From an uncultured Gammaproteobacteria bacterium (GTDB lineage: Bacteria > Patescibacteriota > Patescibacteriia > UBA11705), in contig CAZQEI010000005.1 of NCBI GenBank assembly GCA_964592195.1, positions 5,689 to 69,688 on the forward strand: DNA of 64,000 nt, written 5' to 3'. Below are positions 11,411 to 21,349 of this stretch, piece after piece. A model generated the notes under the pieces. That model saw nothing but the letters and a program-made list of their open reading frames with translations. It was not told the origin of the DNA and searched no databases. Every line of letters begins with the position of its first letter. The first letter of the stretch is position 1. Position numbers and translations under genes: made by a program.

Positions 11411-13012
11411 TTACTTGCCTGCCTGAGCAGGCGGGTGATTTATTAACGATTGACCGACTACGGTAGCTGGTTGTTTAATCTCCATAAAGTCATAGATAGT
11501 CGGGGCAATATCTCCTAAACTACCATCGTGTAAATGCACTTTTTTAGTTTTCGAATGCATGATAACAAACGGCACGGGATTAGTGGTATGCTCAGTGAAC
11601 ACTTCACCGGTTTTTTCATCAATCATTTTCTCCGCATTACCATGATCAGCCGTCACAAACATCACCCCCTTCAACGAGGTAACGGCCTTCATTAATTTAC
11701 CCAAACAGATATCTACATGTTCAATCGCCTTGATGGTTGCCTTCAAATTACCAGTATGACCAACAATGTCTGGATTGGCAAAATTAACCACAATGAAATC
11801 AAATTTTTTAGCTTTAATCGCCTTTAAAATATAATCAGTAATAGTATACACTGACATTTCTGGTTTTAAGGCGAAGTTTCTCACTTTATCCGAAGGAATT
11901 AAAACTCGAGTTTCGTCAAACACTTCATGCGGGTAACCGCCATTGATGAAATACGTCACATGTGCAAACTTTTCCGATTCTGCTATATACAGTTGTTTGT
12001 AATTATTCATAACAAAAGGCAACGTCCCCAACAATTCAGCTCCGGGAAAAGCCGTAATCAATTCGCTTGATAAATCCGGGCCAAAATATGTAAAAGCACA
12101 AAACAAAACATTTCTCAAAGATTTAGAGCGCTTAAACGAACCAGGATTTTCTGCGTTAAACCTCTTTTGCACAAATGCTTTTGTCAATTGACGAGCCCGA
12201 TCAGAACGTAAATTGAAAAAAATCACGGCATCATCATTTTTAATTCGCGACTCGGAAAAATCAGAACGGCCACGATCAATAATCGACGGTTCGATAAACT
12301 CATCTGTCAACTCGGAATTGTATGCATGTTCAATGGCATCTTTGTAATAAGTAAATTTCAATCCCTTACCCCCGACCAAACAATCATAGGCTTTCTTAGT
12401 TCGATCCCAATTCTTGGCACGATCCATCGCATAAAATCGTCCCAGCAACGTTACCAGTTCCCAACCCTTATATCCATGATTAAGTTTCTCGAGTTTTGTC
12501 AACAACTCATGAATAATCCTATGGGAAGAATGTTGAGCTGAGTCACGACCGTCAGTAAATAAATGTAAAAAAACTTTTTCAATTTTCTGTTGCCGTGCCC
12601 ACTCCACCAAAGCGACCAAGTGACTTAACGAACTATGAGGGCTATCACCATCCGACACCATACCCATTAAATGTAATCGGGATTTATTGGCAATAATATG
12701 ATCATTAACATATTTAAAAGAAATATTTTGATAAAAAGAACCATCAGCGATCGCGCGATTAATAATGACATTATCCTGAAACACGACCCGACCAGCGCCG
12801 ATGTTCATGTGTCCAGCTTCAGAATTACCAGCTAAACCATCTGGCAAGCCAACGCAACTTTCGCTGGCGCACAATTTGGCATGCGGATATTTTTTCCATA
12901 ATGAATCGAAGTTTGGTTTCTTGGCCAGCTCAATAGCATTGCCCGGCCCTTTGGGTGCCAAACCAAAACCATCCATGACTAATAAAATTGTTGGTTGATA
13001 TTTTTTAATCAT
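11411..13012 (-). CDS. gpmI: 2,3-bisphosphoglycerate-independent phosphoglycerate mutase (copy 1)
   Basis: LLVMDGFG, GNSEAGH, DGRD, AESEKFAHVT, NPDIVGHTG, TADHGNAE. Confidence 0.96.
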   Translation of the reverse strand: MIKKYQPTILLVMDGFGLAPKGPGNAIELAKKPNFDSLWKKYPHAKLCASESCVGLPDGLAGNSEAGHMNIGAGRVVFQDNVIINRAIADGSFYQNISFKYVNDHIIANKSRLHLMGMVSDGDSPHSSLSHLVALVEWARQQKIEKVFLHLFTDGRDSAQHSSHRIIHELLTKLEKLNHGYKGWELVTLLGRFYAMDRAKNWDRTKKAYDCLVGGKGLKFTYYKDAIEHAYNSELTDEFIEPSIIDRGRSDFSESRIKNDDAVIFFNLRSDRARQLTKAFVQKRFNAENPGSFKRSKSLRNVLFCAFTYFGPDLSSELITAFPGAELLGTLPFVMNNYKQLYIAESEKFAHVTYFINGGYPHEVFDETRVLIPSDKVRNFALKPEMSVYTITDYILKAIKAKKFDFIVVNFANPDIVGHTGNLKATIKAIEHVDICLGKLMKAVTSLKGVMFVTADHGNAEKMIDEKTGEVFTEHTTNPVPFVIMHSKTKKVHLHDGSLGDIAPTIYDFMEIKQPATVVGQSLINHPPAQAGK

Positions 13013-14268
13013 AAAGATTTTAATTCCCGTTCGATCTCCATCAAGCGGTTATATTTTTCTACCCGCTCTGAACGTGATAAGGAACCAGTTTTAATAAAAT
13101 CCGCATTCACTGCTACAGCCAAATCAGCAATAAAAGTATCCGCAGTTTCTCCTGATCGATGAGAGACACTGACTTTGTAATTATGTTCTTTGGCTAAATA
13201 AATCGCATCAATAGTCTCAGTTAACGAACCAATTTGGTTTAACTTAATCAAGATGGCATTGGCCACATTATTTTCAATCCCATGTTTTAAACGTTCCACA
13301 TTGGTCACAAATAAATCATCGCCCACTAAAGCGACATGATCGCCCAAGTAACCGGTTAGCTTCGCCCAATTAGCCCAATCATCTTCAGCTAATGCATCTT
13401 CAAGAGAAATAATTGGATATTTACGTAACCAACTTTCCATAGTTTTGATCACAGCATCAGGCGTGATAAACTTTTTCATTTTCTTATCGTTCAAGGCGTA
13501 TTTACCATTAGCAAAATATTCACTCAATGCTAAATCAACTCCGATAAAAGCATCCTTCCCTGGTTTATAACCGGCTTTTTTAATGGCGGCAACAATAAAA
13601 TCTAAACCCTCTTCATTGGACTTCAAATTTGGCGCAAAACCACCTTCATCGCCCACTAAAGTTTGATAACCAGCGTCTTTTAATAAAGATTTCAAAGCTT
13701 GAAAAACTTCCGATCCGATTCTCACCATATCCGCCATGGATTTCGCTTGTGGCACGACCATCATTTCTTGTACTGTAACTGAATTATCCGCATGTTTACC
13801 GCCGTTCAAGATATTCATGGTTGGTTGCGGACTAAAATATTTTTTCTCCGGTAAATTGTAAATGCTTCGAATATATCGATACAGTGGTAAGCCATGAGCA
13901 ATACTGCCGGCGCGCGCAACTGCCAAAGACACGGCTAATATCGCATTAGCTCCCAATTTACTCTTATTCTCCGTACCATCATACGCAATCATGGCATCGT
14001 CAATCAATTGCTGTTCTTCAATTTTAACTCCGACTAATATTTTACCAATCTTATCATTTACATTTTTAACTGCTTTCAGAACACCCTTCCCACCATAACG
14101 TTTTTTATCCCCATCTCTCAATTCCAAAGCTTCATGACTACCAGTGGACGCACCACTCGGCACTGCCGCCTTGGCCACCACTCCATTAGTTAAATAAACT
14201 GACGCCTCGACTGTTGGCAAACCACGAGAGTCAAGAATTTCACGAGCAATAATTTTTTTGATTTTCAT
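13009..14268 (-). CDS. eno: Enolase
   Basis: REILDSRGLPTVE, VPSGASTG, GDEGGFAP, LVGDDLFVTN, SHRSGET, RSERVEKYN. Confidence 0.98.
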   Translation of the reverse strand: MKIKKIIAREILDSRGLPTVEASVYLTNGVVAKAAVPSGASTGSHEALELRDGDKKRYGGKGVLKAVKNVNDKIGKILVGVKIEEQQLIDDAMIAYDGTENKSKLGANAILAVSLAVARAGSIAHGLPLYRYIRSIYNLPEKKYFSPQPTMNILNGGKHADNSVTVQEMMVVPQAKSMADMVRIGSEVFQALKSLLKDAGYQTLVGDEGGFAPNLKSNEEGLDFIVAAIKKAGYKPGKDAFIGVDLALSEYFANGKYALNDKKMKKFITPDAVIKTMESWLRKYPIISLEDALAEDDWANWAKLTGYLGDHVALVGDDLFVTNVERLKHGIENNVANAILIKLNQIGSLTETIDAIYLAKEHNYKVSVSHRSGETADTFIADLAVAVNADFIKTGSLSRSERVEKYNRLMEIERELKSL

Positions 14269-14297
14269 ATACATTTCGAATGTACGAATTAATTACG

Positions 14298-14317
14298 CCT
14301 GCCTGCCGGCAGGCAGG
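14298..14317. repeat. 20-bp perfect palindrome CCTGCCTGCCGGCAGGCAGG
   Basis: Identical copies at 24445-24464, 29132-29151 and 45045-45064; one-mismatch copy at 9776-9795. Confidence 0.9.
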
Positions 14318-14392
14318 AATGTTTGCGAATTATTAATTTGGTTAACTTGCAAACAATCCTCGTTTTCGCACTATAATATTATTTTTTATTTA

Positions 14393-14776
14393 TTATTTAT
14401 TTAACCACGCAATAGCTTCATCACGCTTTTTGAATAATTTATAATTTTTATTTCCTCCCAAAGCATAAATCACCTTAATAAAAGCCGAGCGAAAGCCCGT
14501 AGCACCAACCACTGCGGTTTTACGCACCTTAAAAACTTTAAAATATTTGGCTTGCATCTTTTGAGCTTCTGTGGTAATTTTTCCTGCTTGTGAAACATCC
14601 ACTAACAAATCAAAATGTTCAATCAAGGAATCTTTGTAGCGCTGATCAGCAATCTGTAGAGTAGCATCAAATAATTCACGCGAACTTTCTTTATTTTGAT
14701 CACCATACAATGTCACATCAACCACTTGATTTTTCTTATCCCAAATGGCTTTGAATTTTTTATTTTTTTCGTCCAT
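14393..14776 (-). CDS. STAS/SpoIIAA-like small protein
   Basis: 127 aa, LLVDVS...KTAVVG...KLF...EAIAWL pattern. Confidence 0.7.
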   Translation of the reverse strand: MDEKNKKFKAIWDKKNQVVDVTLYGDQNKESSRELFDATLQIADQRYKDSLIEHFDLLVDVSQAGKITTEAQKMQAKYFKVFKVRKTAVVGATGFRSAFIKVIYALGGNKNYKLFKKRDEAIAWLNK

Positions 14777-14779
14777 ACT

Positions 14780-15958
14780 TTATTTATAAATTAGCGGCTT
14801 TATTCCCGGTAATTGTTTACCTTCCAAGAACTCTAACATCGCTCCACCTCCAGTAGAAATGAAATTAAACTTCTTACCAAGTTTTAATCGATTAATCACT
14901 GTAATCGTTTCGCCACCGCCAGCAATAGTTAACTTACGTTTACCGGTGGCTACAGCTTTCATCAACTTTTCAGTTCCAGCGGAAAAATCTTTCAAGTCAA
15001 TCAATCCCAGTGGTCCACCACAAACAATAGTTTTCATTTTGGTAATTGAATCAACGAAAAGTTTAATTGTTTCCGGACCAATATCCAAAATCATTTCTCC
15101 AATTTCGCAAAGCTGTTTACCAAAGGCTAATTTAACGTAATGCTTTTTCTTTTTGGTAGCAGTATCGGCTACGATAAAATCAACTGGAATAATAATCTTT
15201 TTACTTTTGGCTAACTTACGCGCTTGATCAAAATATTGTGGGTCGTAAATTGAATCGCCGATTTCATAGCCTTTAGCCTTCAAGAATACATGCGCAACCG
15301 CGCCACCAACTAAAATTTTATCGTATTTTTTCAAAAACTTTTCCACCACTCCAAACTTTGAATCCAATTTAATGCCTCCAATAATCGCGCCTGCCGGTGA
15401 TGGTGGAGTCAACGCTTCACTTAAATAATTCACCTCATCCACCAGATTTAACCCGGCATAGCTGGGCATCAAATTTGTAATCGCGCTCACTGAGGCCGCG
15501 TCGCGATGGCAAACACCGAAGGCGTCGTTAACATATACTTCTGCCAAGCTGGCTAATAACTGCGCAAACTGAAGATCGTTTTTTTCTTCACCAAAATGGA
15601 AGCGTAAATTCTCAAGTAAAATGACTGGAGTTTTAATTTTACTTAACTTACCGGCTAACTGATTATCAAAACTGGCGGTAACAAACTTTGACGGTGTGTT
15701 GCCCAAATATTTTTTCAAAACTGTATAAATTGGTTTTAATGAATATTTTTGATCAACTACACCATTTGGTCTACCCAGATGCGCACCAATAATCACTTGG
15801 CATTTATTTTTAACTAAGAATTTAATCGTTGGAACTACGCGACTGATGCGATAATCTTCCAAAACTTTTTTTCCATCCAACGAGACATTGAAATCCACCC
15901 GCAAAAACACTTTTTTCCCGTACCATTTTTTATTATCTTTGATTGATCGTAGTTTCAT
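14780..15958 (-). CDS. pgk: Phosphoglycerate kinase
   Basis: RVDFNV, HLGRP, LENLRF, YVNDAFGVCHR, GGGET, ISTGGGAMLEFLEG. Confidence 0.97.
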   Translation of the reverse strand: MKLRSIKDNKKWYGKKVFLRVDFNVSLDGKKVLEDYRISRVVPTIKFLVKNKCQVIIGAHLGRPNGVVDQKYSLKPIYTVLKKYLGNTPSKFVTASFDNQLAGKLSKIKTPVILLENLRFHFGEEKNDLQFAQLLASLAEVYVNDAFGVCHRDAASVSAITNLMPSYAGLNLVDEVNYLSEALTPPSPAGAIIGGIKLDSKFGVVEKFLKKYDKILVGGAVAHVFLKAKGYEIGDSIYDPQYFDQARKLAKSKKIIIPVDFIVADTATKKKKHYVKLAFGKQLCEIGEMILDIGPETIKLFVDSITKMKTIVCGGPLGLIDLKDFSAGTEKLMKAVATGKRKLTIAGGGETITVINRLKLGKKFNFISTGGGAMLEFLEGKQLPGIKPLIYK

Positions 15959-15959
15959 A

Positions 15960-16214
15960 TTATTCTCCTTTTATTGATATTAATTTCCAATTGTTACCAG
16001 AGACTTCTTTGATAGTCACTTCCGCCTTTTCCGCCACCGTTCCTCTGGCTAACATGCCGATATTGAACTGTAAATTTTCCGGGTTAATAGCCGCACCATG
16101 TTCAATCACCGTTCCCAGCTCTAAATTTATTTGACTAACTTGGCTAAATTTATTGGTTTTTGAGGTCTCAATTACCACTTTTAATACCAAATCAGCCACA
16201 TGCAAATCGTGCAT
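15960..16214 (-). CDS. hypA: Minimal HypA-like hydrogenase nickel chaperone lacking the zinc finger
   Basis: Start at MHDLHVA; LELG...PENLQF...GTVAEKAEVTI pattern; no Cys; downstream of the hydrogenase large subunit. Confidence 0.75.
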   Translation of the reverse strand: MHDLHVADLVLKVVIETSKTNKFSQVSQINLELGTVIEHGAAINPENLQFNIGMLARGTVAEKAEVTIKEVSGNNWKLISIKGE

Positions 16215-16410
16215 ATTTTTTATCTTTATTATTACCCCTATTATACCAAAATTAAACAAAAAAGGTAAGCAGAATTGCTCACAGTGGAAAGATTATATAG
16301 TTGACAAGAAAAACAGGAGAAACGAGGGAGACAAGAGAGAAAAGGGATGGAATTTATCTTTTAAGAGTCAATGATTACAAGTGGGAAACGAGAGTGAAAA
16401 GCTACGGGAT

Positions 16411-16791
16411 TTATTTTTCTAGTTTCTTCCTTAAACCTTCAATGGTTCGAATAATTAAATATTCAGTTACCCCCATTAATTTATCTAATTCTTTATATTC
16501 GTCCGCAGTAATTAAACCATCGTCAAAGCAATCATCAACGTCGCCCTTTAATTCATTGAGAGAGCCTCTGCTTATGGACAGGTAACTTAAATAACTTTTG
16601 GTACTTTTAAAATACCCCTCCTGCATATTCTGCTTAACAGATCTTGCAGCGTCCCGCATCTGTGAAATTCTGCGATATTCTGCTTGCGGAAATTTTTTTG
16701 TTAATTGATAAATTTTAATTCTAATATCTTTGGCCTTTTGCCATATAATCAATTTTTTGTAACCGTAGTTAGAACTATCTACTTCCTCCAT
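16411..16791 (-). CDS. Four-helix-bundle protein (23S rRNA IVS / bAvd-like family)
   Basis: YKKLIIWQKA...IYQLTKKFP..E....SQMRDAARSVKQNMQEG...LSISRGSLNE. Confidence 0.9.
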   Translation of the reverse strand: MEEVDSSNYGYKKLIIWQKAKDIRIKIYQLTKKFPQAEYRRISQMRDAARSVKQNMQEGYFKSTKSYLSYLSISRGSLNELKGDVDDCFDDGLITADEYKELDKLMGVTEYLIIRTIEGLRKKLEK

Positions 16792-16908
16792 ATTTTAAAT
16801 GAATATTTCATTCACACATATTCCTCTATACTCTCGTCCTTTATATTTTTTACAAATAACTTCCTTCCCCCGTCTCCCTCGTCACTCTTATTTCTCCTGT
16901 CTCTCCCC

Positions 16909-18180
16909 TTAGTGGGTAGCACAGCTGATACACGGATCATACGCGCGAACTAAAGTTTTCAACAACAATTTCTGTTTTTCAACTGGGAACTTCTGAATTT
17001 GTGGTAAAAACGCGCCCAAATCATTTTCCAGATTGGCAAGGAACATCGCAGTTGGTGTTATTATATTCGAATTAATAACTATTCCCTGATTATTCAATTC
17101 ATAATAATGGATCAAAATCCCACGCGGCGCTTCCACCACACCCACACCTTTACCTGCTTGTGGCTTAAAATCAACGAAAAGTTTCTTATTTTTCAATTTT
17201 AAATATTTTGGTAACAACTTTTCCAATTCTTCAAAAGCATGGATAATTTCCACTGCTTGAGCCAACGTGTTAAAAAAGGAATTGTAACAAGGTTGACTAG
17301 CTTTGAACGATTTCCAAATCTTTTTAGCCAAAGGATTAAGTTTATCACCATTCAAATTAACCCGCGCCAAGGAACCAACCATAAATGGTTGTTCAAAATA
17401 TTTCACCCGTTTCACACCTTCGCCCTGAAAACAGTATTCTTCAAAATATTTTAAATACTCCAGGGGATCATTGACTTTTTGTTTATCCCCAACATTAATC
17501 ACGCCATCATAATGCGCATATTCACTTTTGCTTTTCATTCCAGCATACAATGTTTGATTGGAAAACTTCGGTGGTTTGGCTTTACTTTTTACAAATTCAA
17601 CAATCTTGATCGCCATTTTTTTAGCATCTTGAATCTCCGCATGCAAAGCCTGTAATTTTTCTTCATCTGGCACCACTTTAAAACCACCAACTACGCTATT
17701 AATCGGATGCGTGGCTCGTCCACCAATAACATCGCACAAACGCAAAGCCCAATCACGCATGACTAACGCGGAAGTGGATTGTTTAGTATATTTTTTAACT
17801 AGATCAAAGTCATTATTCACGCCGACAAAATCTGGAAACGATAAAAAGTAAACATGTAATGCATGGCTATGAATCCATTGCGCCAAGTTAAAAATTTTAC
17901 GCAACAAAACAATCTCGGCCGTTGGTTCAACATTCATGGCCATTTCCAAAGCTTTAATTGCCGCTAAATTATGCACAATCGGACACACACCGCAAATTCT
18001 GGCAGTAATAATTGGCACATCGTAATAAGATCGATTCAAAACAATCCCCTCCATTAACCGCGCTCCTTCAAGAGTTAAAATTCTGGCGCTAGCCATATCA
18101 GCTTGTTGCAAAGTCGCTTCCAGACCCAAGTGCCCTTCTGTTTTGCCTATGTGATTGATGGTAATAGTTTTTTGTGACAT
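16909..18180 (-). CDS. NiFe hydrogenase large subunit, group 3b-like (alpha)
   Basis: EGH, L1 motif RICGVC, EAPRG, L2 motif DPCISCATH at the extreme C-terminus. Confidence 0.93.
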   Translation of the reverse strand: MSQKTITINHIGKTEGHLGLEATLQQADMASARILTLEGARLMEGIVLNRSYYDVPIITARICGVCPIVHNLAAIKALEMAMNVEPTAEIVLLRKIFNLAQWIHSHALHVYFLSFPDFVGVNNDFDLVKKYTKQSTSALVMRDWALRLCDVIGGRATHPINSVVGGFKVVPDEEKLQALHAEIQDAKKMAIKIVEFVKSKAKPPKFSNQTLYAGMKSKSEYAHYDGVINVGDKQKVNDPLEYLKYFEEYCFQGEGVKRVKYFEQPFMVGSLARVNLNGDKLNPLAKKIWKSFKASQPCYNSFFNTLAQAVEIIHAFEELEKLLPKYLKLKNKKLFVDFKPQAGKGVGVVEAPRGILIHYYELNNQGIVINSNIITPTAMFLANLENDLGAFLPQIQKFPVEKQKLLLKTLVRAYDPCISCATH

Positions 18181-18189
18181 ATTTTATTT

Positions 18190-19182
18190 TTATTCTTTTA
18201 AAAATGCTATTGTAATGCGAAAACCGGTTGTCTGGCTCGGGGTGTAAACATTTTCATTGGTTGTAGTATATAGACTTCCTGCACCTCCATTTTCACTACC
18301 ACCTACTAATATTCGCATATTTGATTTATAACCATCGTGACTAACAACAAAAGTTCCTGATAATTCTGAAGTTTTAACTTGACTTAATCCAGGGAATTCT
18401 TCATTCAATCTACGATTAACAAGTGCCGGAGTCAAAATAACTTCAAAATTTGGCAAACTCAACCCTTCTTCATTCCATTTTTTTTGAATTATATTTTTTA
18501 ATTTTGGAAAAGTATTCGAAATTAACCACATACCCACCCTATTAAAGCGAAGATTTGAACCACCACCTATCATTTTAGCTATTGGATCTAGGTTTTCAAT
18601 ACTCCCAGAATATGAGCCATAGTGTTCCCCCATAACCTCGCCCTCAAGACTGTTTGGTCTTATTATGGTTTCTGTTACCAATAAAGAATATTTTTCTGCT
18701 ACTTCTTTAGCATCCTTAATTAATGACCGCTCCATAACTTCTGACATGATTGAACCTGGCTGATGAACTAAACTATACACACCAGGACTTCTTTGCCATA
18801 AATGTGATCTAAAATTTACCAATGTTTTGTCTTTATCTGGCAAAGCATTCCACTGGCTTTCAGTAATTTCGGGGAACAAAGATAAAAATTTCTCATGATT
18901 CATATCACCATCTTCAGCCGGATCAGTAATAAATGGTTCAAATTGTCCAAAAATTAATTCTTTTATGGCGTCAATATGTTCACTATATTTTTCCGCTGGG
19001 GTAATAGTCTCAACCGTTCCGGCATACTCTTCCACCAATCGCAAAGCTTCCGCCACTTGATCGGGTTTGGGAATTTTTTGGTTCTTTATTTCAACCGCCA
19101 AATCTCGTAACTTTTCATTTACTGAAACAACTGTGGCACCTTGTTCTGGCTTTAAATTTTGAGTTAATCGTTCACCTATCAT
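18190..19182 (-). CDS. Leader-domain protein with CLec/FGE-like C-terminus, inserted in the hydrogenase cluster
   Basis: RLTQNLKPEQ...VNEKLRDLA...PDQVAEALRLVEEY leader; ends VGGSENGGAG...TGFRITIAF like the genes at 54998-59344. Confidence 0.75.
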   Translation of the reverse strand: MIGERLTQNLKPEQGATVVSVNEKLRDLAVEIKNQKIPKPDQVAEALRLVEEYAGTVETITPAEKYSEHIDAIKELIFGQFEPFITDPAEDGDMNHEKFLSLFPEITESQWNALPDKDKTLVNFRSHLWQRSPGVYSLVHQPGSIMSEVMERSLIKDAKEVAEKYSLLVTETIIRPNSLEGEVMGEHYGSYSGSIENLDPIAKMIGGGSNLRFNRVGMWLISNTFPKLKNIIQKKWNEEGLSLPNFEVILTPALVNRRLNEEFPGLSQVKTSELSGTFVVSHDGYKSNMRILVGGSENGGAGSLYTTTNENVYTPSQTTGFRITIAFLKE

Positions 19183-19183
19183 T

Positions 19184-19948
19184 TTATTGTTTTTTAACAG
19201 GAGACATAAATTCTTTAATACCAAACACTTTCAATACGTCATTTATCTGCGATTGAGTAAAACCTTTTTCTTTTAATAAATTCAACCAGTTTTCAATGGC
19301 CGGCGCGCGTAGCAAACCGCGACACCCCCAACACGCCTGTCCATTAGTTGGACAAATAGCGTCGCAACCGCCTTGAACAATTGGACCAAGACAAATCTCT
19401 CCAGCTTGTAACAAACATTTGTTTCCTTTTTTCAAACATTCATAACAAACAGGATTTTGTTTAATGGTTGGACGTTTACCGGCGACAAGACTGTAAATGA
19501 ATTGTAAAATTTCTTTTTTAATTACCGGACATGTTGGCAAAGAAAAATCTACTTTGACATACTCGGAAATCGGCTTCACCTCAGGATTATCTAAATTTTG
19601 ATCTTCATCATAAACCTTGGCCATCAACCGAGATTTATCACTATAATTTTTCATATGGTAAATACCACCGATATGCGCGCAAGATCCACACGCCACTAAG
19701 ATCTTGGCTTGCCAACGATATTGTTTCAATAAACGAATATTGTGTTTGGTAATCGGACTACCTTCTACAAACACCACATCCACTTTTTGCGTACCTCGAA
19801 ATTCTTCATCTTCAAACAACCGAAAATCTACAATATCTATTTTATCTTTTAATGCCACAAATTTTTCTCTCAATCCTAATAATTCAAAATAACAACCTTC
19901 GCAACTGGTCAATGAAACAAAGGCAAATTTAAGCTTTTTGTGCGCCAT
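19184..19948 (-). CDS. NiFe hydrogenase small subunit (delta)
   Basis: SCEGC, VEGS, GSCA, PTCP, VCYEC, ICLGP...GGCDAICP...CWGCRG. Confidence 0.92.
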   Translation of the reverse strand: MAHKKLKFAFVSLTSCEGCYFELLGLREKFVALKDKIDIVDFRLFEDEEFRGTQKVDVVFVEGSPITKHNIRLLKQYRWQAKILVACGSCAHIGGIYHMKNYSDKSRLMAKVYDEDQNLDNPEVKPISEYVKVDFSLPTCPVIKKEILQFIYSLVAGKRPTIKQNPVCYECLKKGNKCLLQAGEICLGPIVQGGCDAICPTNGQACWGCRGLLRAPAIENWLNLLKEKGFTQSQINDVLKVFGIKEFMSPVKKQ

Positions 19949-20420
19949 ATTTTAATAATTCACTTTGTAATTCTTGTGGTCTGTTAGTTTTCACAAAACA
20001 TAAGATTCCTTCATAATCAAAGGTAATCCCTGAACCGTTCATTTTATAATAACTATTTTTGGCTGGATAGATATGCCCATATTTCTTCAATTCTTCGCGA
20101 GAGATAAAGGCGACAGTGCGCAGTTGAGTAATCTCATTAATATCAAATTTATTTGGAAGAAAACCGAACTTAACCATAAACCTGCCATTATTCAATTCAA
20201 CTGAATAATTACTTATAATTAAAATAAAAGTGCTAAGCATTAGAGTCATGATAAATCCTAAAAATACTTTCTCCCCCGAGGATGTAGGATCAGCAGCAAA
20301 AAATTCAACCCCACCAATCTTAATTCCAGTGTCAAAAATCAAACTATACATGAAGACACCCCAGATAATCAAAGGTAAAATGTGATTATAAATTTTTAAC
20401 CAATAGACATCTTTAAACAT
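19929..20420 (-). CDS. Two-TM membrane protein with PH-like C-terminus
   Basis: Two hydrophobic segments, then VKFG..., ends ELLKYGAQK; paralog of the next ORF. Confidence 0.6.
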   Translation of the reverse strand: MFKDVYWLKIYNHILPLIIWGVFMYSLIFDTGIKIGGVEFFAADPTSSGEKVFLGFIMTLMLSTFILIISNYSVELNNGRFMVKFGFLPNKFDINEITQLRTVAFISREELKKYGHIYPAKNSYYKMNGSGITFDYEGILCFVKTNRPQELQSELLKYGAQKA

Positions 20421-20423
20421 ATT

Positions 20424-20885
20424 TTATTTTTTTGCGCCGTATTGAATTAAATAGGTATACAACTTCTCCGCTTCGTTAACTGTCACAAAATATTTACGCT
20501 TTTGGTTTAAGATTTCAAAGCTCAAACCACGTCGAGCACCAGCAATAAATCCCATAGTTTTATTTCTCCCCATGCGCAGACCATATCCACCAAAATCCAT
20601 AAAATGATAGTCCTTCAATTCCAAATTGAAAATATCTTTGATCACAAATTTCTTTTTGAACAAACCGAAACTGACTTCTAAAGTATAATTTACTATTTCA
20701 ATTTTCAACACACTGAAATTCAAGAACACAAACAAAATAAAAGCATCTATCCCTGCCACGATCCAAAGATCACCGATTAATTCTGAACTTTTAGAAAATA
20801 TCATCACCAAACTTCCAATTAGAATGACTAAAGTAATGACAATGAAAATTTTAGGGATTGATTGATATTCTTTAAATACTTGCAT
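20424..20885 (-). CDS. Two-TM membrane protein (FGGYGLR motif)
   Basis: Two TM helices, VSFGLF, FGGYGLR, ends LIQYGAKK. Confidence 0.65.
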   Translation of the reverse strand: MQVFKEYQSIPKIFIVITLVILIGSLVMIFSKSSELIGDLWIVAGIDAFILFVFLNFSVLKIEIVNYTLEVSFGLFKKKFVIKDIFNLELKDYHFMDFGGYGLRMGRNKTMGFIAGARRGLSFEILNQKRKYFVTVNEAEKLYTYLIQYGAKK

Positions 20886-20897
20886 ATATATTATTTC

Positions 20898-21034
20898 GAG
20901 ATTGCCACGCCCCGATGCGGGGCTCGCAAATTAGGTTACTCTTTTGCGAGGAGTGAAACGACGAAGCAATCTCTATGGAAATTAAACCTCTTTTGCGAGG
21001 ATCCCCGATTAAATCGGGGAGACGAAGCAATCTC
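20898..21034. repeat. Cluster of three TGCGAG...GCAATCTC palindromic repeats next to the GIY-YIG gene
   Basis: Units at 20898-20930 (inverted), 20938-20973 and 20987-21034. Confidence 0.85.
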
Positions 21035-21040
21035 TAAAAG

Positions 21041-21340
21041 TTACAAATCATCATAAAGATCTCGAAATTCCGGATTCATACTTTTATTTAGTGCTATTTT
21101 TTTCGCCCTTGAACCAGCCTTAATTTGCCTTTCTCTATTTAAAGCTTCATAAGCACTATCACAAATCTCGAAGTAAACTAATTTATTTATATTATATCTT
21201 GCCGTAAACGAATTCGGATCAACCTTATTCTTGTGTTGCCAAACTCTTCCGACTAAATCATTTGAAAAACCTGTATATAAAACTGTATTTATATTATTTG
21301 TCATTATATACACATAGAATTGTTCAGGCCTATCATACAT
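21041..21340 (-). CDS. Small stand-alone GIY-YIG nuclease
   Basis: FYVYIM...VLYTG...RVWQHK...FTARYN..KLVYFE...ALNRERQIK...NPEFRDL. Confidence 0.92.
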   Translation of the reverse strand: MYDRPEQFYVYIMTNNINTVLYTGFSNDLVGRVWQHKNKVDPNSFTARYNINKLVYFEICDSAYEALNRERQIKAGSRAKKIALNKSMNPEFRDLYDDL

Positions 21341-21349
21341 ACTTGCCGA

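Noticed and set aside
14347-14377. Plus-strand promoter TTGCAA...TATAAT antisense to the STAS-like gene
   Set aside because: 19-nt spacer and no downstream plus-strand feature; plausible by chance in AT-rich DNA
20898-21034. CRISPR array
   Set aside because: Units vary in sequence, length and orientation, spacers are too short, and no cas genes are present
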